A stretch of DNA of 54,000 bases, the filler included, from Basidiobolus ranarum (taxonomy: Eukaryota), in the NCBI GenBank assembly GCA_040143965.1. It is 4 parts of 4 records of this genome, joined end to end, with 100 filler letters (N's around TTAATTAATTAA, not from the genome) between each part and the next. Parts side by side here need not be neighbours in the genome. Positions count along the whole stretch, not along the records: positions 13,542 to 26,978 come from JASJQH010000483.1; positions 27,079 to 40,496 come from JASJQH010000484.1; 2 more parts are not named here. The stretch is one strand, 5' to 3'. Of the stretch, positions 24,604-36,612 are shown piece after piece. The notes below the pieces were generated by a model. The model searched no databases, was not told the origin of the DNA, and worked only from the letters and a program-made list of their open reading frames with translations. A program made the position numbers and the translations under genes. Numbering within the stretch: the first letter of the stretch is position 1; each line of letters begins with the position of its first letter.

Positions 24604-25404
24604 TTAAAAAGGGGAAACGATCTGGTTCATTAGAGAGTAAATGTCAAGCACCACTGGAAAAGTAACCCATTTTATACTATTTCCTAATTCACATCAAAGC
24701 TCCAATAGATTTGATTACCCACTAGTTTCTGGCGTAGATATGGCTAGTAAGTAACGTTATAGTAAGTAACACTGCCAAGCTTCGTCCATGAAGTATTTCG
24801 ACAGAAGATTAAGGTTTTACATAGTGAATGGGTCACCAATTGTTATGATAGCATTTATCAGACCTGACTTGTTAAAGATGCAGAATTGGAAATTCATTGG
24901 CGTGATTTGAAACTTCTGCTAGATACTGTGTTCATTCGAGAGGCCAAGTATTTACGACAACATTCCTAGATTAGATTACAGGAGACTGAGAGACAACGAC
25001 CGAAACAACATTTACCAGAAGTAGGCAATGAATCTCTGGGTTGAGGAATATTTGAGGCCTGTTCACTCGCAACACTATTCGAATCCCTGGCCTATCAATT
25101 CTGAACACTATTTATATGAATAAACACACTTGTTACATATCATTGTGCTTATTTTTGGCGCAGATCATCGATCGGTGAATTACAGAGCAACAGTAGGAAA
25201 GATAATGTGGAGCTTTTCTGGCATTTCCTCGACATTATCTCCAAGAATTCCCACCTCTCTACATAATTGCTACCATCTGCATGACTTATTAATCCACACC
25301 TAAGCCATCTGAGAGGGTTGCCATCTATTTAACTGGACAGACGGTTTCTAAAATAACCTAAACACTCTCTCCTCTCTTCCCAACCTTACTCTGCTGGTTA
25401 ATCA

Positions 25405-26280
25405 ATGAGATTCTCTGTTATTGCACTTTTGTGGGCTATGACAAGTGTAGCTGATGTGATTGGCATGGCTATACCTAACACCTTGCCTAATGATTTCACG
25501 CTAACTCAGTTGGTAATCACCTCTCGACACCAGAAGAGGTACAATGATCAATGGAGCAGACCCGATGATCTGCATTCAAATGGAAGAGAGGGTGAAGAGA
25601 ATGAGAAGGATACGGAAGATAGTATCAACAATATGGAACAAGAGTCAATCAATCCCGATCAGAATGCTGGAACCAATACTCAATCACCCAAGAGTGAATC
25701 TAGACCAATGAATAGTGAATCTGGACCTATGAATACCCCACAGAGTGAGTCAAACAAAATCAATGAAGAACACAAAGAAAACAGTTCACCTGAGGGCACA
25801 CCAAATAAAGAAGCTGACTCAAAGAGAGCGAACGAGTCGAATAGGGATGCTCAGGACATAGCACAGAACATGGATGGTAATGCAAAGAACAATTCATCCA
25901 TTCCTCGTGACTTATCCAATGGAGTTAACCGCCCTGGAGAAGCCTCTATTCCATTGAAGAGTGATAGTTCAACAAACATTGCAGACAGTTCGACTACTTC
26001 AGACTTCTCTCCCGAGGCTGGGGCTATCAGAAATAACCCTACATCTCGTTCTCAATGCGAAGATATTAGGGCTTATGTAAGAGCTTTGGGAATTGATAGT
26101 AACGCTGTCATTTGTATTGGTGGTTTGGTCAAGGTGTTATTTGAAGCTGATATGGGTGATGTCTTAAATCCATCGCGGGAAAGAAGACAGACGTGCAGAG
26201 ATATCGTCGCCCATGCTGATGCTCTTGGAGTCAAAATAGATCTAATGGCATGTCTTGAGGGTTTGCTCAGGCGCAACTAA
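25405..26280 (+). CDS. Secreted protein: signal peptide, S/N/E-rich disordered region, two C-terminal Cys-bounded repeats
   Basis: 291-aa ORF; signal peptide; QKR possible Kex2 site; CEDIRAYVRALGIDSNAVIC and CRDIVAHADALGVKIDLMAC. Confidence 0.85.
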   Translation: MRFSVIALLWAMTSVADVIGMAIPNTLPNDFTLTQLVITSRHQKRYNDQWSRPDDLHSNGREGEENEKDTEDSINNMEQESINPDQNAGTNTQSPKSESRPMNSESGPMNTPQSESNKINEEHKENSSPEGTPNKEADSKRANESNRDAQDIAQNMDGNAKNNSSIPRDLSNGVNRPGEASIPLKSDSSTNIADSSTTSDFSPEAGAIRNNPTSRSQCEDIRAYVRALGIDSNAVICIGGLVKVLFEADMGDVLNPSRERRQTCRDIVAHADALGVKIDLMACLEGLLRRN

Positions 26281-26515
26281 TCTGTCAGTCTCCTCTTACC
26301 TCATCACGTTCCCCACCTTTACCAATATTTTTGATTCCCATTCACATATATATTTGAAACAAATTTACCACCAATCCTCAATAATAAGTACGATATAAAA
26401 TGACTGTACTACCAAATTATGTGTGAGTTACGACTAAGCATTCATATTTATTTAATAGGAATGTTCTGAATAAGGGTTACTGAATAAGGGTTACTGAATA
26501 ACCAACTCGATGTAT

Positions 26516-26978
26516 TCAGTAGATAGTCACAAATTTCGAGTCCCAGTTGGCTGGTTGAGGTAAACGAAGTGCATTGGCTACAGTACCAGCAATATCCTAT
26601 AATAAGATATCAATATTAGGAATATATACATACATTCTAAATCTTAATATTTCTTTGGATACTAACCATATTGCGGACTCCGGTGCCCAATTTCGCCACA
26701 TTCACACCCTTACCTCTTGCTCCCCAAAAGACATTGACTTCAGCAGCGGAACTGCCACCATGGCCAATGCCGACTCCCCCATGGTCAGCCGTCATCAAAA
26801 CTAAGGTATCTTGACCGAGACCGGCTTCATCAATAGCTCCCAAAATTCTCCCCACACGGGCATCTACCTTGGGGTACTCCTTAATATAAGCAGTTGAGTT
26901 GAACCCGGAAGCTAAATACAATTAGAATGGTGCGAAAACAAATGGCATATGTTCAACTTATGGACTTACCATGGCCAT
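26516..26978 (-). CDS. Alkaline phosphatase superfamily / type I phosphodiesterase-like protein, 3' part only
   Basis: Spliced HGH|ASGFNSTAY...VDARVGRIL..IDEAGL..DTLVLMTADHGG.G.GHGG...RNM|DIAGTVANAL...W*. Two introns; the 5' part is lost at the spacer. Confidence 0.85.
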
Positions 26979-27078
26979 NNNNNNNNNNNNNNNNNNNNNN
27001 NNNNNNNNNNNNNNNNNNNNNNTTAATTAATTAANNNNNNNNNNNNNNNNNNNNNNNNNNNNNNNNNNNNNNNNNNNN
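26979..27078. other. Artificial contig spacer N44-TTAATTAATTAA-N44
   Basis: Identical 100-bp linker. Confidence 0.97.
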
Positions 27079-27526
27079 GAGCCTATCACTGTCTGCTACC
27101 TCAAAACCACACAACAGACCCTTTAATACACTTTACACAATCCATTCACAAATCACCCACGACGGTACCCAATAGATAGCTATAAATCCTAGTATCGAGG
27201 ATACTACGCTACTAAAGGCATCCAGTAATAGTAATATGGGACTGTTATCCTCAGTCGATGCATCCACCTTTCGAGTTGTTGCTCGTTCTAGTTTTATGTC
27301 TCCGACGAACACAAAAAGTAAGATGCAGATGGAGAATATCTTAATGATTGATGGTTAGATTTGAAATTGCTAACTGAATAAGGAATTGATTTGTCAAGTA
27401 TACCGTTAACGCCACATCTAGAAGTATGGCAAGGGAATGAAGAGTACAATATCGAGACCATAGATCTTGGATCTTGGATGATTTACCAGTGTTCGCTTTG
27501 GTGGGTGGGTTGCTAGATGAATCCAT
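27079..27526 (-). CDS. Putative spliced membrane protein, 5' part
   Basis: Exon 1 at 27526-27404, a GT..CTAAC..TAAG intron, then in-phase exon 2 IFSICILLFVFVGD...LLLLDAFSSVVSSILGFIAIYW. TATA-like run near 27565. Confidence 0.5.
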
Positions 27527-28365
27527 TCCTTAAAGTATAATAACTTGTCTCGATCCTTACGGGTTATATATATTTTACATTCGTAGCTTAGCGATTACGA
27601 TGTCAGCGCGTTGATTGAATTGATATAGCCCACAACAAGGGCTTAGCATCTTTCGGTGGACGTACTGACATTAGCAAAGTAGTCTCCAAGTATTCTAACA
27701 CTTGGCAAGCATGCCATTCAGGGAATATTGACACAAGTAGACTAGCAAGGGCTGAAACATAGCTTGTGATAAGTTAACTAAGGATGGCTTAGAACCATCA
27801 ACAATTGAAGTTCCAACATATAGCTGCAACTTTCCTGCGTAGAAAACTATCTATATTTGAGGAATCTATCGATGATCTGACGTGATGGATTTATCCCATT
27901 TGGGGGCCAGTTTAAGACATACACAATAAGGCGTAGCATCAAGAAGAGGAAAGTACACCATCCCCCAGACTCATAACGATATCCTCCTCAGCCCCGGATG
28001 ATTGATCTTTGATCCTATCAGATGCCGTGTTGATTGGATTGCGAATATGCGAAATCTCTTCATCACATAACAATGGAAAAAAATTCGATTCAGCCTTACA
28101 ATTAATATCCCAAAATGAGAATTCCAGTATATAATGGAGAATGTGAGGGTAAATCTAGTCATCCATTGCGATAACATTTTATTCTATCCATGATTTCATT
28201 ACATGATCGGTAAGAAAATACTGTCGCATATATTAAATTCACGTTGATTCGCTAACACTGGTGAGATCCTCTTCAAGGAACGATGACCAGAGTTTGATAG
28301 TAACCTCGTGACATTCTTTAATGAATTAACTTTCAAGAATCAAATATCCCATTGCCATCCATATT

Positions 28366-29267
28366 TTATTGAATTTGCTTGGTGGTCATTTCAGTAACCA
28401 TTCGAGTTCTCTGGTTTAGCCAACTGAGATAAGTATTCCAACCTAGAGCGACCAAGTTGATGAAAAGTACTCGGTGGGTTAATGGCACCAACCAAAAGTT
28501 GATTAGTTGAGCAATAGGCCAAATCCGATAGTTGTTTTTAAGAGCCGTGAAGTACCCCTAACAGAGTAGAAAATGAAAATAAGAATTTTGCTCTGTAATT
28601 GTTGAAACCAAACTTTACCTTGTCAAGCTTCTGTTTAATCAGTTCAAACTTTCTATATTCGAGTAATCCTTGTACACTAAAAAACATCCCAATGATGAAA
28701 GGTGCATACAGCGTCTGATCAAGCGCCACTCGACTTATCGTTGCTATATGTTCAGTAAATAAGCCGATTTAATTCACCTTTATGGTTCAGGAAACTCCTC
28801 ACCTAAACTCTTCCTCTTAAACCTGACGCTTCGATCCAAAAAGGGGTGCCAGATACTCAATGCAGGTCCCTATATTTTATTGAGTTTAGCGCGTTAGACT
28901 CACGGACCGTCTATTGAAAGAGGAGCAACTTCGAGAAACATGTGTTTGGTATAATATCTTGGAGATAGCTAGAATGTTATGAGGTGATATGATAACATCA
29001 ACTTACAGCTATACAACCACCAAAGAATCCCATTCTTAGCGTGCGAAAGAAGTCATGTTTATCTCCACGCTTTTCTATTATTTGTTGTGCGATAACGTCT
29101 CCAGTAGAAGCTAAACAAGCTAAGAGAAAGGTAGAAGTTCACTTACCCAGGCGTATAGCACAATAAATATCCAAGTGCCCTCTACCTGAAACTATAGAAC
29201 GAGTGATGACTGGCTTGTCTACCAGGTTTCTAGTATAAAAGGTCAATAGTTGACGGAACATTTTCAT
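28366..29267 (-). CDS. SYM1: Mpv17/PMP22-family protein (Sym1-like), multi-exon
   Basis: Spliced KPVITRSIVS|ACLASTGDVIAQQIIE...DFFRTLRM|GPALSIW|RVALDQTLYAP...|NYRIWPIAQLINFWLVPLTHRVLFINLVALGWNTYLSWLN. Confidence 0.9.
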
Positions 29268-30802
29268 TTTTCTTGGCTTGCTGGAAGAGTAATTTTTATG
29301 GATAGGTTTTGTATTGAAGTCATGTTCACTCTGCACCTCAGGGATTACAATCCTTAGCCCCTAATTACCGATTCATAACATGTTGATGTTTATCTTTCAC
29401 ACTACCATAATTTCCCCTCAGAAAAGGGATAGTAGTATGTGGTACTGAATAAAATTGCGAAGCCCTGATCACTCAAGTGATAACTTAGATTACTAACTGG
29501 AAATCCCTCTCCTTGATGGATGATCGTGAGGAGTGACGTCTACGAAAATTGAATCCTGAAGTGTAAATAACAACTATCTGATCGTCAATAGTGTTTCAAT
29601 CTGAATCACCTCACTACATCTCAAATCTTAGCACCGAGATTCGAGATCCAGCTGGAAATTCATTACTAGTCAGAATGAATCAACGCTAAATGCTGCAAGG
29701 CCCATTGGAAGTAGGTATGTGCTCATAGCATGTGAAACGATTACGCCACAAGCAACGAAGAGTCATTGCTGGTCATCGAACGGTAAGATTCTTGGGAATT
29801 TATTACAAACCTTAGAGCAAGTCCCTGATGATCGAGGGTGGTCAGTTTATTAGAATTTGCCCGCCTTCAAGAGTCCATACTACTCCCAAAATTCACCCAT
29901 TCTCCGTAGTGATGGTAGGGAGAGAAGACTAATCCCAGTCCATTGCGGTTGGAAGAACCAAAACCAATCACGCACCCTCCTATGCCTCGAGGGATCAACG
30001 CTATGATTGTCCCATATACATGTCCAACAGCCTAGGAAATTCATACTAACTATAGCTCATTTATTTTACTTTCACTAAATATATAGCGTGGGAGGGTTTT
30101 GTATTCAAGATATATGGATGATGGTGATTATGGAATGGATGTGGATTTCAGTTAGAAAATAGATAGTGATTTGGCTAGAGAGAGATCTTTCTCAAAAGAC
30201 CCCTTCCTCAGTCATATCCATCCGGAGCAAAAATTATCTTGAAGTAGAGTGGGTCTTAATAGGATATCCTGCCTAGGTACTGGTCGGGTGTAGATCGATG
30301 GTATGAAAGGAGTGGGTTAGTGACAAGCCAATGAGTAACCCTATTTACACCGGGTTTAGACGAGAAGGTTGATCAGCGGTAGTGAGCAAAAAGGGTTATC
30401 TACAAGTTTTATGCGTGGTGGGAGGTGAATGTGATAGAATGCCATATAGTATCCGAGATTTCTTTAGGCATTGATCGGTTGATATAAGGTAGGATGATGT
30501 TTCTTGCAATACCCGGCAAAGAGACGCACCGACAGAGAATGAGCATTTTAAACGCGTACTGTGTCAGCATCGTAAAGAAGTACATACGGCATATGCACGT
30601 ATGGATAGAATAAATTCGAACCTGATCCAATTATGTGTAAATAGATGGGAAAATACGAAGTAAAAGGTTAATAAGCTGAAATCGGGTTAGATGTCAAAGT
30701 AGATACAATAGAATGGAGTATATGTTATGAGATAGTTTCTAATGGGTAGTATTCAATTATGCAGAGGTGGGGAGTTATTTTGGACTTTCCTTTGAAGGTT
30801 CT

Positions 30803-31820
30803 CTACTTCAATAAGAAAGTTCTTTCGGAATTCAAAACGTTGCGAGATTCTTCGCTGTAGCAGTATCGAAGGTAAGTTTTTTTGCAAGCCAGTGGCATGG
30901 TTGGACTTCTGTTGGAGCGATGTGTAGGTCCACGGCTACTATACAAACCACGTTTGCCTTTGTATGAATCCTTTTGGGGTTTTTTAAAGAAGGTTGTGAT
31001 TTGTGAACGAATGGATTCTTCCAAAGATCCTGGCATACTCCTTGGATAGCTGTTTCTCAGCAGAGACGATAGGTCTAGTTCTGTAGAAGGGCTTGGCGGT
31101 AATACCTGATGAAATTTCTCGGAGAAAGTTTGCTCCTGGTTTATTTCCTGCATCAATCCGAGAGACCATCTTTCATATTCAGACACCGAGACAAAAAGTC
31201 GATGATGGGAACAATGGAGAAAAGCAAGCTCTACTTTGGTCACCTCAGTCAAGTCTAAGCTAGTATATCGTGCCCAATCGGAATTGGTAGGGGCGTGCTC
31301 CTGGTGATATTTGGAAGCAGCCATTAGTGCTCCAACAAGCGCTGTTCTGACGTGGGTAGAACAATCTTGAATCTCCATAGGATAATCGTCAGATATCTTC
31401 TCCTCTGAGGAAAATAAAGGAGACTTAATCTCACTAGAGGAATCATAGGTGGTTGCATCCTGTCTAAGGGTTTTGTATGCACTCTGAACAGATACTTCTG
31501 AAGTCAGAAGCGGTTGTATACGATATATATATAACAAGGATATCATAACTGTAGAGTAGAAAACTCGAGAGGTTTTGATAGTCTCTCGTACAAAGGCTCT
31601 AAGAAGGAGTCGCTTGGTGCGACCGAGAGAAGTGTGTTGATACCAAATTTTTTCAACTACATATTCTACAGCATCTAGTTTTAAAGAAAGATTAGTGGCT
31701 GTTTCACATATAGAAGAGAGTAAGCGAAGGCAACGCTTGAGATTTTTGAAGTTGAAACATACCAACAAGACACTCTATAAATTCCCCACTTTGCTTGTAG
31801 GTGATTAATACTTGGGACAT
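30803..31820 (-). CDS. Pho85-type (Pcl5/Clg1-like) cyclin; start uncertain, could extend to 31983 or 32024
   Basis: Exon 1 MSQVL...FIECLV, GTATGT..CTAAT..CTAG intron, then DAVEYVVEKIW...FVRETIKTSR...STVMISLLYIYRI...ALMAASKYHQE..PTNSDWA...VTKVELAFL (cyclin box). Confidence 0.82.
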
Positions 31821-33633
31821 AGAGGGTTTGTGCTTAAGGTGGCAGGAAAGTAAGGCCAACAGTTCGTTTAGTTTTAGAGTCAGCCAAGCTAATAAACTTG
31901 CTAGGCCACGAGGGACATTTTTTTGTTCTTTAAGAATTGCTTGTGCTTGAGACACAAGGTATGGATAGTTGAGGAAAGCCATTGCAGAGCAGTGGGGGAT
32001 AGCGAAAATTCGGCAATCAAACATATAACTAGTTTATAAAATGGAATGATTTTCTTAGCTAATCATAGTGGCCAGTGGAATGATTTAATCAACAATGCAA
32101 CAGTAGGTCATGTGCGAATCCCAACGCGAACCATTTGTTGTGAAATTATTTACGAGTTGCGTAAATTACTTTTCTCCGATTGCACCTTTTGTGTTATTGG
32201 GTTGGAGGAGGAGCAAACACTGGATCACTCCTTGGTGCAAGAAGCTTAATTCTTTTGTTTTGCCGCCTACAGCGATGGGTGAATAGTCCGCTCATGCAAG
32301 TCTCGAAGTAAGCTTAGTTCATTTGAATTCTCATCTACGTCGCATATGCACCATCGATTAATAGAGTGCGCACACTTGCGAATGACCACCAAATCTGACA
32401 GTAAAATGACTTCGAACAATACGATTGGCTGTCTTGATCCCAGCACCATTACATTTGAAACTGACGTGAAGGTCACAACAATCAACTAATTTAACGTGGG
32501 AAGGAGTAGACAATGTGGAATTCATTCAACACAGATATATGTGTGTTGTTGTGTCGAATCTCACAGATTATGATCGTACAATGATTGGGCAGTGCGTCAA
32601 ATCAATAAATAAAGCGTCAACCATGATCTTCTCGAGTATCTGGAAGCATCCAATTAGAGTGCTTGTACTTGATGATAACGCAATTGGTACTGAGATCATG
32701 TGATGCTGGGCTGTGGTTGATAATTTGATGCGCAAACGGAGAAGAGAAGAGCAGGCAATTATTCTTTGAATTGTTTGCGCAGCCGCAAGTGGCTGAAGAT
32801 CAACAGCGTGTTGGAAATGGTTAGGCATTCGACTAGGGCCAGCCTGGGATTTGCAATAGAAGTCTTTCGCACTGATCAAATCATGGTACTTCATTAAGTG
32901 GTTTCCCTAAGAAATTCAGGCCAACAAAGCTCAACCACATTCTGAGATTGAACATTTGGGGTGGCTACTACATGAGCTTCTATTTTGATTGTTGAGAGTT
33001 TGAGAAAATGTTCTCTTTAACTGTGTTAACACTTTGGAATAAAGTTACAGGGCAAATGTGGGCTTTTGAAGAGAGCCTTTGTGCTATATGATCTTTTGGA
33101 CTCTATTCCTGTTGAATCCATCACTCGCTGTTGAGCTTGAGCATTGCCACATCTGCCTGTACATCCTTTCATAAATTTGTATGCAAAGATACGCTCGTTC
33201 GCTTAACCCAGAATTTAAGCCGAATTGACTTGGTGGAATAAATATGCTGAGCTCGATCTGAAAACTGGCTTATGTATAAATAACAATGGCATTCCAATGG
33301 CTCTGTCCTTGATACTTGAAATATCATGTCGATAGGTAGGATGTAATGAATAGGTTTCAGGAACCCTTGGAACGCTTGTTGCTGATTTACCGAATGATAC
33401 TTGAACATTAACCCTCCAATGCACTCCTGAGGCTATACTCATTACAATGTTTGTTTCGGATGAAAGGGGGCCCTGGATGTTTCATATTGCCCTGTCTTTG
33501 CTTCTCTTTATGTATTTAAGCGGATGGTTCTACTCTGTTGTTTTTTGTCCCAGCCTAGCTCTTCATCCGTCGCCTCCCTTATCATCGACTTTCTGTCATT
33601 CTCTTCCTCCTTCCTTCAAATCATCTTTCCAGA

Positions 33634-34098
33634 ATGAGATTCACTTTTGCTATTGCCGCATCTGCTCTCCTTCTCGGTAGCTCTGTCTATGGTGCTTCAC
33701 CAATCCGTAGTTCCAAAGCCGTTATATACGGAAATAAGGAGTATAACTACCAAAGTGGATTCAAAGTTGGAAAAAAACAAGGAATAGATGATGGGTTAGA
33801 TGTCGGAACCAAGGATGGATTTGGAAAAGGATTCGACGAAGGTCTCAAGGTAGGATTCAAAAAAGGAGAGAAGTGGGGACTTGCTAAAGGGAAGGCTATC
33901 GGTGAGAAAGCTGGCCGTGAAAGAGGAGTGAAGAAGGGGACCGAAGTAGGTTTTCGTGAGGGACATGCGGATGGATTCAAAACTGGATTTGATACAGGAG
34001 TCGATAAGTACTACTGGAAAGGACTCAGAGAAGGAAGAATAAAGGGTAAAGAACAGGCTAAAGCCAAGTATGTTGGAAGTTATGCCAAGGCCTATTAG
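33634..34098 (+). CDS. Secreted glycine-zipper (Gxxx)25 protein, copy 1
   Basis: Signal peptide, then Gly at every 4th residue in 24 of 25 tetrads; AATAAA downstream. Confidence 0.88.
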   Translation: MRFTFAIAASALLLGSSVYGASPIRSSKAVIYGNKEYNYQSGFKVGKKQGIDDGLDVGTKDGFGKGFDEGLKVGFKKGEKWGLAKGKAIGEKAGRERGVKKGTEVGFREGHADGFKTGFDTGVDKYYWKGLREGRIKGKEQAKAKYVGSYAKAY

Positions 34099-34732
34099 TT
34101 TTAGTTGAACCATCCCTTCGTTTCTTTCCTCTTAGCTCCTTTTTGGAGTAGGGCAATCATCCCTGTCATTTTCAATAAACCATACTCGCGAAATCATTCT
34201 TGTTATATACAGTTGTTTTTGCCTCATTAAAACTGAACATGTGCAATTTTGCAAAATGAATAACTGTCTAAAAGTTTCGTTATACGAACCAAACTAAGAG
34301 AAAAGCAAAATTGAAACAGTACTATTTGACCTCTTTAACGCGTGGCGGTGATGATGATAGTATCAGGTCAAGTGGCAAGTCTACGTTCCTTGGTAAACCC
34401 CAACAACCTTGAATGATCAGGAAATGTTGATCAAAGCTAGTCATGTAGTCGGAAAATATTACTAAAGCGCAAAGAGATTTTCTGCATGACCACATACACC
34501 AAATCGCTTCCTTGAAACGATTTCAAAAGTCGATACTAACTACACCCCTTCCCTTCTCCTTAGATAAAGCATATAGTTCATCATGTGTCACTCTCAGTTT
34601 CAGGATCTTCGGGTTGTGACAAGGAAACTGAATAAATAACCGGTTCTCACTCACATACATTTTGTCGGACATACGCCTCTGGTTTTTTCCCACCCTCTTT
34701 CATATCCTTCTCCACTTTCCGCCTACCTCGTC

Positions 34733-35191
34733 ATGAAATTCTCCATTATCGCTCTTGTTTCAGTTGGTCTTTTTGTTTCTACCATTAGTGCTGCTGACTC
34801 TGGTTATGAAGTCCGCGGCTACAACAAAGAGAAGTACGGACAAGGTCTTCGTGATGGCCGTAAGGAGGGAATTGAAGAAGGACGACAGTCCGGTTATGAT
34901 GACGCCTTTTGGAAAGGATATGATCAAGGAATAAAAACTGGTTATCAGAAAGGGGAGAAGATTGGATATGAGAAAGGATTCAAAGTCGGCACCGCCGCTG
35001 GCCAAGAAAAGGGTTCAAAACAAGGAGCCAAGGTAGGATTCCGCGAAGGTGATGGAGAAGGTTTCAAGACTGGCTTTGATGCTGGTATGGATCGTGGTTA
35101 TTGGAGAGGCTTCAGAGAAGGCCATGTCAAGGGTGAAGTCGAGTCAAAGGGCAAGTATAGAAAAGATTATGGCGTCGGCCTCAAATACTAA
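34733..35191 (+). CDS. Secreted glycine-zipper (Gxxx)25 protein, copy 2 (tandem paralog)
   Basis: Signal peptide; 24 of 25 tetrads start with Gly; shares VGFREG, GFKTGFD and YWxG in register with copy 1. Confidence 0.88.
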   Translation: MKFSIIALVSVGLFVSTISAADSGYEVRGYNKEKYGQGLRDGRKEGIEEGRQSGYDDAFWKGYDQGIKTGYQKGEKIGYEKGFKVGTAAGQEKGSKQGAKVGFREGDGEGFKTGFDAGMDRGYWRGFREGHVKGEVESKGKYRKDYGVGLKY

Positions 35192-36612
35192 GCATTTTCA
35201 ACTTTATATTCATTTGTTTTGTTCTCAACTCATCCAAATCTGAACCTTCATGTACAACCAGTGCACTAATAAACCCTGATAGTTCATTCATCACAGAACA
35301 TAGTTGATAGCTTAGTATAGTAAGTTAGCTAAAGACTGATAGCAGTCCAATTGATCGAAATCTCATTAAATGGGGATCAGGAATTACATCCATCTGAGCT
35401 TTCATCGACCATGCTGCATCTGATCACATATTGCCCAAGGAGCTGCAGGTCGGGGGATGAGATACAGCAGAGAATGGCAATCTGATCATGAATCGACAAG
35501 CAATCCTCACTCCCTACGAGTGGCATACGTAACGGTAGATAGTCAGGTCGCATCCACCTAAGACAGCAAGCGAAGTAGCCAGCTGTAGTTGAGCAATTGC
35601 CCCCCATCAACCTTGCGGTAACATCACATCCCCCACACAGACCCAACAACCTACCATCAGGCATGAAGCATACAATCCCTAGTCCATCACCAACACCATG
35701 CATGAATCCATTTTCTCTGATAGAAAACGCTCTTGACCCTTAATGGCGCGGTGTGGCTCATGCTCTGTCGGAATACATCCGATCACTGCATTCCCTGGGA
35801 GCTCCATTATTAGTGTGTGTATTACAACATATTTGAGACCGTTATCAGACATCTGAGCGTTACAACATGCATACACTACGTCTCGTGCAGTACTCTTCTG
35901 TAGTCACATGACTGCCGAATCACGCAATCAATGCAGATGAGATCTCATACAAGGATTGTAGACATGCATGGATTGTTGCTAGTCACTTTACTATCACTCC
36001 AGCAATTCAGTATCATTTGTATGCACACTTCAGCCAATGCTGTGCAAGTTGGGGAATCTGACCATTTTCCAAATGAGAGATCGATTAAAAAAAAAGATCG
36101 TATCCAGTAGAAGTCGAAAAGAATGAAAAAAAGCCTTCTCGTGATTTTGAAACCCTGAGCATGGTCTTGATCATAGCTCTGTAAGCTGCTTCCATTTGTG
36201 GATTTGTGGATGAGCTAGATGGATGCTCATGTAAATGGTTCGATCAACTTGAATCCGTAGATTTTCCTAATAAACTTCTCTCTTCGTTTAAATTCTTTCT
36301 TCCAACCCAGTCACACTTACTTACATTCGTATATTCTCCATTTATTTATTGAGCCGCCTCTTTCTCTTACCAACCTACGATACATCTGCCACTACGATTA
36401 TACCACTCTTACCTTGGCGATCTTATCTAACCTTTGGGTTCATTCGATAGCAAAACGAAGCTGTTTCATTTCGTAATTTCCAAATTGACCGCACTCCTCG
36501 TGATACAGGGACTGTCCATCGGATTTGTACAACTTTCAAGTTGAGAATACATTCATTACCTTAATCTTCGCTTGGCTACCACTATAAATTGGCCATTCCA
36601 TCTTACTAAGAC

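Noticed and set aside
32046-33442. Short ORFs upstream of the cyclin
   Set aside because: No recognisable motifs. They may be leader or uORF sequence, but this cannot be supported from sequence alone.
33634-35191. Calling the pair FliH or Yae1 orthologs
   Set aside because: Only the Gly periodicity is shared. These proteins have signal peptides and lack the other domains.
35377-35876. Cys-rich minus-strand ORFs
   Set aside because: No family motifs or splice support; probably spurious.
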